DNA of 64,000 bases, taken from the NCBI GenBank assembly GCA_002104905.1, contig MCFE01000048.1, forward strand, positions 62,001 to 126,000. Reading direction: 5' to 3'. The DNA comes from Basidiobolus meristosporus CBS 931.73. Its lineage: Eukaryota; Fungi; Basidiobolomycota. The position numbers and the translations under genes were made by a program. The notes below the pieces were generated by a model that was not told where the DNA came from, ran no database searches, and saw only the letters and a list, made by a program, of their open reading frames with translations. Below, piece after piece: positions 38,023 through 49,470 of the stretch (its first letter is position 1; each line of letters starts with the position of its first letter).

Positions 38023-41000
38023 TGTTACAAGTCTTGATATAAGAGTTGTAAAGGAATAGGGAGTTCAGCTAGTATTGTATTCACTAAAACTTGAACTGGT
38101 TTTTATTGAGGTCCCAGCAGCTCCTTATATACATTTTGCCAGATCAATTGCTGACTAATTGTATTTCCTAATGTAGGTTGTGGCTGATGACTCATTTGAT
38201 TGCATCATCATCACCCAATAAGATCCTACTTAATATATCTATTTCTGTCTAATAAGGATCTGCTGATTGATTTGCTGACTAATGCTACTGATATGATAGA
38301 TAATACTGATATACTGATAACCTAAGCATATACTAATTGATTTGACTAAAAACTGATCTAACTTAAACATGCAAGCGGCAGATCATAACATTCTCCCCTA
38401 CTAAAGTTGAGAGGGTTCTCCTGAATCTCTTTTCATGTGATACCAATATCTTGATGGTTCAGTATTATCAGCAAGTCTTGCAAGCTTGAGTCTGTCCCTA
38501 TGCACTAAGTCTTCCCAGATATTACCTTGTTTGTCCACAAGTTGGTAAGTTGCAAATGGACATTCTCTGATGATCTTGAATGGTCCTGTCCATTGTGGCT
38601 CAAACTTCTTCCAAGTGCTGTTTCTTAGCAATACAGAGTTCCCAACTGTCAATGCTTCTGGTGCTATAGTCTTATCAAATCTCTGCTTCATCTTTTCTGC
38701 ACTTTGAGATACTTTGGTCTGTGCCTCTTGACATCTTTGTTCCAGTTGCTGGTGTCTACTTGGCTGACTGAGTTCATCTTCTAAGGTGTCTGTAGGCTTT
38801 GGTTGTGTGAGATCTCCTGGAATCCTTGGTTCACATCCATACACTAAGTAAAATGGTGATTGCTGGGTGGTGTTGTGTACTCTGACTCTGCATGCAAAGA
38901 GTGCTTGTTCTATATACTCATCCTATCTACTGATAACTCCATTTGCCTACTTGGTCAGCATTTTTCCAAATAATCCATTAAACCGCTCAGTGTCTCCATT
39001 AGTTCTGGGGTGATATGCTGAGGTTTTCAAGTGTCTGATCTGCTGCATCTCAAGGTAAGCATCTAATGTCTTTGCCATAAAGTTTGCTCCTCTATTGGAT
39101 AAGATCTCCACAGAGCATCCAAACTTCATCAGGATGTCATAGTAAATGAAACTTGCAACTTCTTGTTCACTGGCTATTGGTACAGCTTTAGCAACTGGCC
39201 ATTTAGTGGCATGGTCAATTGCTACTAGGATCCAACGGTTGCATTTCCTGGTAGTTGGCAGTCTTCCAATAAAGTCAATTCCCCATCTTTCAAATGGTCT
39301 TACAGGCTCCAAGTGAAAGAGTTTGGCAATTCTCTGTGATTGGCTTTGGTTGATTTGGCAATTTGGGCATGTTTTCACTAGCTTCTCAATGTCTTGTTTC
39401 ATTCTGGGCCACCATGCTCTGGCTTTCACAAGACTATAGGTTCCTTCAATTCCAAGATGTCCATATCCATTGTGTAGCTTATGTATTAAATCCAGGCAAG
39501 AAACTTAAGGGCAATAGGCAATAGGGCTTCCATCAACAATTTGGTGGAGTGTTTCATCCTGTACTACCAACTTGCTGGCTTCATCACGGATTATCTTCTT
39601 GATATCTTCATCCACCTCATTAGGAATGGCTTAGTCCTCCAAGTACTTTGGTAATAGGCTAGGCCAATCTGATTCATGCTCCAAGTTGAGTTGTGCAACT
39701 TGATCTAATCTTGATAAGGCATCAGCAACCGTGTTGTTTTTTCCAGGGCAGTAGACAATCTCTAGGTCAAATTGCTGAATGTATTCACTCCATCTTGGCA
39801 TTCTTCTAGAGAGTACCTTCTGAGTAAATATATACTTGAGGGAGGCATGATCAGTCTTCACAGTGCATTTGACTCCTTCAATATAGCATCTCCATGTCTT
39901 CAAACAGTGTATTATAGCAAGCATCTCCTTCCCATTGACTGTATAGTTTTATTCTGCTGAGTTCAGTTTGTTGGATTCAAAGGCAACAGGGTAGTCCTTT
40001 CCCTTGTGTTCTTTGCTCAGCACTCCACCAATTGCATAATACAAAGCATCTGTGCACAGAGTGAACTCTTTTCTGAGGTCTGGTATTCTTAAGCTTGGCA
40101 GCTTAGCAAGTTCATTCTTGAGCGTCTGGAAGGCAGTCTCACAAGCAATGTTCCACTTGTAGGTATTGTCTTTCTTGAGGATATCAGTTAAAGGGGCTGC
40201 AATACTTGCAAACAACCTGACAAATCTCCAATAATAGGAAACCATTCCAAGGAATGATCTGTGCTCTGGTATGCTATGGGGCTGCTTCATATTCTTGATT
40301 ACTTCCACCTTCTTGGGGTCTAAGGTTACTCCTGTGCTAGTCACTATGTGTCTAAGATATTCTACGTGTTCCTTGAAGAATTCACACTTGGTTAGCTTGC
40401 CATGAAGCTTGTTCTCTCTTAGCTTCTTCAAGACCTTTTCAATGTGCACCAAGTGATCCTCTTCTGTCTTGCTATATATCAGTATATCATCTAGGTAGAT
40501 TATGACAAACTTGTCTAAGTACTCTTGGAAGACAGTCTGCATCAGGGTCATGAAAGTTGCAGGGGCATTGGTGAGGCCAAAACTCATGACTAAGTACTTG
40601 TAATGTCCATATCTGGTCCTGAATACTGTCTTAGGAATATCTTCTAGTTTCACCCCAATCTGGTTGTATCCTGACATGCGGTCAATCTTGCTGAATATGG
40701 TGGCTCCATTAAGTTGGTCCAAAAGCTCATCAATCCAAGGTATGGGGTACTTATTCTTGACGGTAACTGAGTTCAGGGCTCTGTAGTCAATGCACATCCT
40801 AAGTGTTCCATCCTTCTTTTTCACAAAAAGCACTGGTGCTCCCCAAGGTGACTTGCTGGGTCTGATGTATCCTTGCTCCAATAGTTGATCAATTTGTCTC
40901 CTCATTTCCTTCAATTCCAATGGACTCATTCTGTAAGGTGTCTTGCTCACTGGAGGGATATATCCTGTGTCAATGGGATGATCTACGTCTCTGACTGGTG

Positions 41001-42136
41001 GTAGGCTTACAAGCTCATCTGGAAACACATCTGAATATATCTTCAAGAGAGTCTGGACCTGCTGGGGTGCTGGGGTAGAGGAATCCTCCTGTAATACTGC
41101 CATGAGGAACATCTGGGTACCTTTTCTAAGTGCTCTACAGAACTGGGTCTTGCTAAGTTCACTTGTCTCACACATACTGGAATTGACCAAGTTGAAATTC
41201 AGCCTGGCAGGTAATAGCTCATAGGTCTTGTTGTCTTTTTGGATCTCAGTAGCATGGGTTCTCCAGTTGATTGGTGTATTACAACAAAATAGCCAGGTTT
41301 TTTCAGGTACAAGGTCAAACTTGCAGTTCCCAAATATATAAGCCTGTAGGTCTTCTTCATAGTCATTGATATTCATTCTTACTGGCTGAGAAATATGGTT
41401 GATTATGTGTGAGTTCCCAGCAGCTCTTGAGACTGAAGTAGATTTGGTAGGCTCTGAGTGGATTCCAGCTTTCAAAGCAAATTGCTCTGACATGTACTCA
41501 TGCAATGCTCCTGAGTTAATCATGATCTTGGCAGGTACTCCATTGACTACTCCATTCAAGTATAATAGCTTCCTGAGTTTGAGGTCATCTGGGATAGGTA
41601 TTCTTCTGTCATGTGGAAGGTGAGTTCTGAGTATTCTTCAAGTTCATCCTCCATGTTACTATGCTCCATGGCCTCAATACAGTTAAAGGTTCTTGATGGC
41701 TGGTGTCCATTTCTTCTCTGAGGGCAGTACTTTGCAATATGTCCTTGCTGGTGGCAATTGAAGCAAAGTCCTTTCTTCTTACATTCTTCTGAGGTAGGAT
41801 TCTTCTGCATAGCTTCTATTTCCATTGGTACTGCTTCTGACTGTCTTCTTTCATAATGATTGTAGCCTTTCAGATTAGTCACTGTAGGATCAATTGCTGA
41901 CTAATTGTATTTCCTAATGTAGGCTGTGGCTGATGACTCATTTGATTGCATCATCATCACCCAATAAGATCCTACTTAATATATCTATTTCTGTCTGATA
42001 AGGATCTGCTGATTCATTTGCTGACTAATGCTACTGATTTGATAGATAATACTGATATACTGATAACCTAAACATATACTAATTGATTTGACTAAAAACT
42101 GATCTAACTTAAGCATTCAAGCGGCAGATCATAACA
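38023..42136 (-). mobile_element. Ty3/Gypsy family C, near-complete pol; 3' LTR 38023-38390, truncated 5' LTR ~41889-42136
   Basis: TSD CTTC/CTTC; PPT TAGGGGAGAA; ORF 39949-41559 protease-RT-RH (YLDDILIYS), 39631-39924 RH end, 38947-39429 rve, 38401-38844 GPF module. Confidence 0.92.
39949..41559 (-). CDS. Gypsy-C protease-RT-RNase H open segment (536 aa), probably non-functional
   Basis: SPWGAPVLFVKKKDGTLRMCIDYRALN, FGLTNAPATF, YLDD; the protease catalytic D is replaced (INSGA). Confidence 0.8.
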   Translation of the reverse strand: MNGVVNGVPAKIMINSGALHEYMSEQFALKAGIHSEPTKSTSVSRAAGNSHIINHISQPVRMNINDYEEDLQAYIFGNCKFDLVPEKTWLFCCNTPINWRTHATEIQKDNKTYELLPARLNFNLVNSSMCETSELSKTQFCRALRKGTQMFLMAVLQEDSSTPAPQQVQTLLKIYSDVFPDELVSLPPVRDVDHPIDTGYIPPVSKTPYRMSPLELKEMRRQIDQLLEQGYIRPSKSPWGAPVLFVKKKDGTLRMCIDYRALNSVTVKNKYPIPWIDELLDQLNGATIFSKIDRMSGYNQIGVKLEDIPKTVFRTRYGHYKYLVMSFGLTNAPATFMTLMQTVFQEYLDKFVIIYLDDILIYSKTEEDHLVHIEKVLKKLRENKLHGKLTKCEFFKEHVEYLRHIVTSTGVTLDPKKVEVIKNMKQPHSIPEHRSFLGMVSYYWRFVRLFASIAAPLTDILKKDNTYKWNIACETAFQTLKNELAKLPSLRIPDLRKEFTLCTDALYYAIGGVLSKEHKGKDYPVAFESNKLNSAE

Positions 42137-45100
42137 CTTCTCCCTGCTGGATTCTCGTCCCCCTTTTAGGTGCATTCTGGTTGTTGTTTGTGTCAATATC
42201 ATATTGAATGATGTAGAAATTGGCTTGTGACCAAAAATAATCTGGCAAACCTTGGTAGAGTTTTCATATAATAAAATTAGCTGCTTTTTGCACTTAACCC
42301 AACTTTGCATTACTTGACTGATTACCCACACATTAGGGCTGCTTAGCCTCTTAATGCCATAGGCATAGGTGTCTCCATGTGTGCATCTGTCTTGAGTATT
42401 TTCCAACTCTTTCTGGCTGTCCTCCATGTGCCTACTCATCATATCCATGACAGTGTTAAAGGTAGTATTTGAGATGAGGTTGGGATACAGCAGCACCTGC
42501 AACTTGACTTGGCTTCCTATATCTCCACACATCCACTTCATAGGAAACTCCCAAAAGGTGAGGCATGGTCAAATATTCTCAACACACCAAGCAAGATGGA
42601 GTAGCAAATGGATACAGTAGCGGCAGAGATCTATGTGCTCAGCTTTATACTTGTAGTATAGCCGCTCAAATCCCATTATAAACTCTTTGCACAAAAGCTG
42701 TAGATGCAACAAGGTAGCATTGGTGATCTGCTTCTGTAGGAATATTTCAACAATGTCCACATATGACTCTCAATGCTTCTAATGTGCTCTTGGTAGAAAT
42801 GGCTTCTGAAGGCCACTTGAATAAGTACCTATCCAGTTCATCCAGTCTGTGCACTTGAATTGTTGCAAACTCATATGAAGGTTATTGGTGCCTGTGAGAA
42901 GCACTTAGGGTAGCAGATTCCCTGTAATATCTTGCCAATTTTTTCATATTTTGCTAGTGTCTTAAAGAGCTCATTTGGCTTGAAATGCTCCATGTGCAAC
43001 ATGGTCATCAGTATAAGGATAGTGTTGAAAAGCAAATGCATTACTCCCATTGGAAAACTTTTGCTCCAGCAGATACTCTCAATATTAAGTACTCTGGTTC
43101 ATAATTAATCCCATATGGACCAATGGCTTGTAGCTTGCCAACTTTGCTGCAACTGTATGCTGACATCTGTATGTTCTCTCTGTGAAAATATGATGTACTT
43201 TGTGTTGGTGTTTGGGTAATAATAATGTATGTGAGTTATGGGGTAATGCCCCTGGATCTCAAGCATTTGACAGCAATACAATGCATTTTGCCCAGAAAAG
43301 CCAGCTATCTTGCTAATGGCTAGGGTATCTCCAATGCCAATAATAATATGCACTTTTTCATGACAGCTATTTACTGTTATCCCAATGGAAAGCATGCAGA
43401 ATTCATCCAGCAATGGATACAGGTAGCTATCCAGGTTGGATGGTGACTTTGGCCCAGATGCCAGTAAGCTAACATCAGATTTTGACTCTGATACTGTAAG
43501 ATAAACAGCAGATTCAGGTTGATGAGAATCAGAGGCCAATAGAATTTGCTGTTGGAGTACTTGTTTAAGGAGAACCCATCAAGTGCCAAGGCAAAGGCAT
43601 TATCATACATACCTTCAAAGTAGCCCTTGCTACTTGGCTGTTTGTAATGTTTGACATATAATACATCTGATATGTTTGCACTTAACTGATGCTGAGTGCA
43701 GTACATTATAGCTTCACAATATTTTTTGGGCTGCATTAGCTTCTTTTTGTAGGGTATTATTGGAATATATCTGGAATGTGATCAATGTTTTCCCCAAATG
43801 GTGGTGGATTCCTGACAAGTTGGACATGTTGCAATGGAGGCATTTTCTGATGTGGTGCCATGGTACTGTTAACACATGCTGGTATCAGGACACTCTCTAG
43901 GGCATATGTCACCAGATGCATGATGGTTTTCCATTTAAACAATGTGCATGGTACGTTGCATCACAGGATGATTTTGGTAAGAAGTAGTAGTAAATCTTCA
44001 ATGCCCCCATTACTGATATCAGTGGAAACACACTATTTCTCTAGCCAGAACAGCACATCATTCACCAGTAGATAGATCACTGGGCTCATTTGATTCCATC
44101 AAGTATCCTTAGCTATTTTTTCCACAGGTGATGTCCCATTACACAATGGAATTTTGCCAGTCACATGTAAGGTACTGTTATTAGGGGAAATAGGCTAATA
44201 ATCCATCAATGAGCCTGCTTCTTCAGAGCTATCACTGTGTGTGCAATATTCAGAAGGCTGGGGTGAGCCTATGGGCATCACAAGCTCTCTGAACTCAGAC
44301 TGCGCAAGGTGATAAGTGCAGCCAGATACTGTTGTAGAAGTATGAAGTGGTCAGCAAGATTTTGCTGGTACAGTAGTGACTGGTGAATGGTAAAATATGA
44401 CTTGTGTGGCAAAACACTGGCCATGGTCCTTGTAATACTTCCTATGCTGTCAGTGTGCTTCATGACTGAGAGGCTTGCTACAATAGCCTCATGGACTTTT
44501 TTCTCTTCTCTTGTGGTGTTGAATTAAGTTAGTCTTGTTCATGGGGCAAACAGCTTGACACGCAACAGCATAATGCTATTATATTGAGTTTTGTCAATCC
44601 TCATGTGAGTTTAAGACAGTCTTGTACATGATACATTGCACCTGCACAAATGTAAGATGCAATGATGACCCCCCATAGTAAGCATTATAAATAAAGTTGC
44701 AACACCACATACACTTGTATATGTAATGCTGTTCCCCCTTTGGTTTGACTCACTTCTATCTAAATACTGCCAAAAAATAAAGCAAAGTTGTCCAGTGACC
44801 AACCAGACCCCACCACTGACAGCAGCAGAAGAACACTTGGACAACAGAGTGCTTTGATATTCAGTGCAACAAGCATGGCTACAACCAATAAAGGCCCTGT
44901 GGACAGTGTGCCCACTGCGGGGAATAATGCAGACTCATTAGACTCCCAGTCAAGTAGGCAATTGGGAATCTCTGTGGAGCTGCAAGCTTACCATAATGCT
45001 GAGGCAGAGGAGAATGTAACCACAGCAGTACCTTCAGCTGAAGACCAGCAAGTGGCTGTCAGAACATTTCCACCACCTGTTCTTGCAAATGTGTGGTCAG

Positions 45101-47111
45101 CTCATACCAAAGCATTAATGAGGCAATTAGGTGCAGTGGCTGATAGGATACATGCAATGGCCCAGAGAAATTAGGACACAGCTCAGAAATAGAATGAGTG
45201 GATAAAAGGTGCAAAGCAATTAATATTCCAGCTAAAGAAAGCAGTATCTTTGCTGCAAAGTAGGAGCTCAAGTAGCTCAATGGCACAGCCAAGAATTGAG
45301 CCATTTACCAATGTAACAGCAGAGGAACTCTGTACAGCACTTGAAGCACAATAACAGTGCCCATAGAAAATCCTATCACATCATGGGAGGGAGAAAATGT
45401 GGTGTTTATACCAAAGCCTAAAAATCAAATAACATTGAATATCTGTGAAGCTGTTGAGTGCAATGATGAAGTGTGGGCTAATATTCAAGAGGCTATTTGA
45501 AGTCTAGTATGCCAACACTGCAAGGTCAGCATACCATGGGACCATCAGAAACTCAAGGCTAAGCAAAATGTGCTTGACTTTCTCCTTGAGCATTTTCCTG
45601 GATTCAGACAAGCAAACAGTTTTTGGGTCAGCAATGGTATACTAAGTAAGTATCTCAAAAATAGCAGAAACTATCAAAGTCAGAAGCCAAGGGTGCAAAG
45701 GCCAAAAACCAATGGCTTCCTCAAGAGCCTGTTACATGCAGGGTTAAAAGCTCCAAACAAGCATCAATGAGGCATCAGGTAGCTGGAAGAGTGCCTATAA
45801 GGGAATGGCAGGCAGACACAGATGCACCAGCACAACATTCACCAGGGAAAAGGCATACCTCTGCTCAAGAAGCACTCTGTTAAAGTAGCTGTGAATGATC
45901 TGGCAGTGATGAGAACAAGCAGGTACCTCAGGAGCTTGTTGCAGTATGGGCTGAGAGCTATAACAAGCCAGAAAGAATTGTCAGGTTGCTCACAAAGTGT
46001 CAGTAACAGACAAGCAGGCCAAAACAGATGCATCAGAGCAGCATCTATCAAGGAGAAAATTTAGTGCAAAATAAGAAGAACTCAGATAAAGTAGCAGTGA
46101 AACACCTGGCAGTAATAAATGAAAAGATAAAGGGGAAAAAGTCTACCCAGGCCAGAGACAGGGAAGTGTAAGATAAAGCAGCCACTCTTGCCAAATAATG
46201 GTTCAAGTCTAGAACAAACTGAATCCCATCATGTCCAAGAAGAGTTACCAACAATAAAACTACTGTTTTCACAAGAGTTGGAAGCACAGCCAGTTGAGCA
46301 ACACTCCAGTGAGGTAGATGAGTTTGCAGCAAAAGGCAATTTGTCTACCAAAGCCTCCACATCCTGCATTGTTGGCAGATCAAAAATCCCACTGACAGAC
46401 AAACCAACAATATCAAGAACTCAAAAGGTTAACACAATGTCTTAAGAAGAATTTTGAAACATCAGTAGGCACACCAAGAGGTTGCACTACCACTTCAAGA
46501 ACAGTGCTCAAGAAAATGCCCTTGAGTATTGCAAGGACTTACTACAAAGACTGACAGATGAGGAGCTAGACCTTGCAGTGCTGGCTGAAGACCAGGATGT
46601 ATGGGAACCAGTGAACAAACAATGGCATAATGTAATAGGGCTCCTGCCAAAGTTGCAGAAACAGAGGGTTAGAGCTGAAACGCTTATCAAGTGGTGGACT
46701 TCAATGGAGTTACTTGTTGAGTGTGTGGTTGGACTAAGTGTTGGTGTAGGGTATAGGGACTTGTATAGGCCAATACAATTGGCAGTTTAGGTACAACTGA
46801 AGTTTCAATAGAAATAAATCAATTTTTATGCACAAAAAATAAGAGAAACAGTTGAGTCAGGTAGTAAGGAGTATGAAAAAGAGGCAATAGCCAATCATTG
46901 CCCACAAATGTAGGAGGTGATAGAGTGTCTGGCATGATAAAGTGAGAAAATTGGCAGAGACCCAATCAAAAGCCACTTTTATATCATTGTGATGAAAAAT
47001 TTTGACCAAGTGTTTCATGACATCTGGGGTACATTTATTTTGGATGGTCTTTGAACAGTGTCCTGTTGGAATCAATATATTTTAGTCATGGGACTTAGGA
47101 ATTGTGATGGC

Positions 47112-48342
47112 TGTTGTGCATCAACATTTAAAACTTAGCCAATTTCATTCTGTTAGAAAATCTTCTACCTTAACTGATTTTCCCTAACCCAAACATAACT
47201 AATCCCTGTTATGGTTTATTTCATCACTTCTCAGAAGCTATTTTTAGCTGTCACACCTGATCAATTTTCAAGTTGTCATTACATACTCAACTGATTTGCT
47301 AAGCCTATCCAAGTGATTAGTCATCTGAGATCCACCCAACCATTTAGTAGTTGCCAAGTCATTCGCTGATTAATGTTGCAATTTTCCATTTATCTTATGC
47401 ACCTATCATCACCCTGACAGATTTCAATTAGTCCAGTCTCTTGGTGCTTACTAATTCAACTTGATCAGAAAAATATAAATAAAGATTACTGAATCTTTAG
47501 GTTTAGTGTGTGTCTCAACAAAGTTAAGATTGTATTATAAGTAGACACAAGGCAGGTGAGTAGGGCTAGGCCAGGCAGGACCAGGAAAGGACTTAGGTGT
47601 GGATCTATTAGGCAAGGCGGATTTCTAAGGCAAGGCTGATTATTCAAGACCTGTGTTTATTAGGCTGAGGAATACATAAGGGGGGATAAACCTATATATA
47701 CTTTTTGGCAATATGGATGCCAAGAGATATTGGCTAATATTGATGGGGTTCTGGGGTGAGGCACAGTAGATGTGCCAAGATAGAATATACTTAAGAACAG
47801 ACTGGAATATCACATGGAGATATGTCAGAGGTCAGCTGTTCATGTGACTAGGTCATGTGATATGCAGTTACCATATATGGCATGGGACTACATAAGCTCT
47901 TATGGGAAACTTTCATAGAATGTTCCAATGTGTAACATTGACTTGGAGCTTTCAAGAAGTTGCTAGAATGTGGTAGAGCTTTCTAGAAGGGACTGAGATT
48001 TCTTCATGGACTTGATTTGGCTAGAAATTGGAGACCAGGGATGTAATGTGATCATCACAGATTGTTCCTCAGCACAATTAAGAACTCAGCAATTTGGTTC
48101 TAGGTTCCACCAAAGCCTAGCATATCTAGCATTCCCTAGTACACCAAGCCTAGCCTACAGAGCAAACCAACTCTGTTGCCTTTATAGCACAACTCAACTA
48201 TATACAAAACCAATATTAGACCAGAACTTCTCTGCCAATATTTCTGTCACCCTTGACAATTCTAGGATTTTGTGCTTAGTTGTCACTTAGGTTCAGTTAG
48301 CTCATTCAAGAGTTTTGTTACACTTTTCACTTGCATACAACA
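47112..48342 (+). mobile_element. Solo LTR, Gypsy family D (~699 bp net), carrying LTR-E
   Basis: TGTTG...CAACA; TSD ATGGC/ATGGC; matches 49471-50168. Confidence 0.85.
47533..48059 (-). mobile_element. Solo LTR, family E (527 bp)
   Basis: TSD GATTG/GATTG; minus-strand start TGTGATGATC matches 58174. Confidence 0.75.
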
Positions 48343-48515
48343 ATGGCCTTTTGATGGGAGCATCACAATAATTTCTCATTAGGAGAGGGTGGAACAAAGG
48401 GGCTGCATGGCATGAAGATGTAGAAATATGTTTAAACTACATGGCCCAGTATAGGTTTACCTGGCCTCTCTGGCACACTGTGGCACTATCTGGTACTATC
48501 CAATGAAACAAGTCT

Positions 48516-49470
48516 ATTAATTTATTTCTGCAAAGACTTCAGTTGTACCTCAATAGCCAGTTGTATTTACCTGTACTAGTCCCTATATGTGCCACTAACA
48601 TGAGAACCAACTTAACACTTAAGTATTAGCTCCATTAATATCTACCTTTCAATATGTGTATCTGCTATAATGCTTTATTTCCATCACTTTGGCAGGAGCC
48701 CTGCAGCTTTATGCCACTGTTGATTTGCTGGTTCCCATATATCCATGTTCTCAGCTGGCACTGCAAGGTATAGAATCTCATCTGCCAGTATTTGCAATAA
48801 ATCCTTGCTATGTTCAAGTGCATTTTCTTGTGTACTGCTCTTGACAAAGTGCTGCAGCATCTTGGTGTGCATATTAATGTTCCAGAGCTCCACAATAGAC
48901 ACTGTGATAGTCTTTAAAGTTCTTGACATTTTTGCCTTTGTCTGTTGGTAGGATCTCCATTCTGTGTACAATGAAGGACATGATGGCTGTGGTGACAAAA
49001 TGCCTTTCTCTGCAAATTCATCTTCCTCACTAGAGTGTGGTGCAACTGGCTGCACTTCCAATTTTAGCAAGAACAGCTTTATTTTGCTGGTAATTCTTCT
49101 TGGCTTTGATGGCATTCAGTCTGCTCCAGACTTATGGCATTGATTGGGAGGAATAGCAGCCTTTTTCTTATGCTTCTCTGACTCTGGCTCAGGTAGACTC
49201 TTTCCCTTCACCCTTCTTTTATTGCTGCCAGGTATTCAACTACTACTTTGTCCAAGCGCTTCATTTATTGAATCCTGTCATTGAATTCTGTCTTTATTCA
49301 CATGAGCAACAACAAAAAAGTGATATAGTAGTGTTATCTTATCAAGTGCCATACTGTTTACCCTACCGACAAGACTACTTTTATTCAACACCATCAGAGA
49401 AGTGAAAAATAACCATGTAGCTATTGCATCTAGCTTCTTGGCAATGAAGCAAGAAGACAACTTAGGGAGT
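48516..49470 (+). mobile_element. Internally deleted CACTA fragment
   Basis: Homologous to 1090-1800, then to 5230-5400. Confidence 0.7.

Larger units (their letters stand above)
37067..48383 (-). mobile_element. CACTA copy C3 with nested MITE, Gypsy-C and LTR-D/E
   Basis: Starts CCCTATGAGAAATGAATTGGTCC; transposase remnants 42137-44460 (-); accessory ORF 44788-46790 (+); degenerate other end ...CAATAATTTCTCATTAGG. Confidence 0.8.
36815..48515. mobile_element. Fold-back MITE half split by CACTA C3 (36815-37066 and 48384-48515)
   Basis: Spacer and right arm run to ...CTCCAGCACAAA, resume after C3 and end at ...GAAACAAGTCT|ATT. Confidence 0.7.

Noticed and set aside
38401-38844. Chromodomain at the Gypsy-C integrase C-terminus
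   Set aside because: The ORF ends shortly after the GPF module with no chromodomain aromatic motif.
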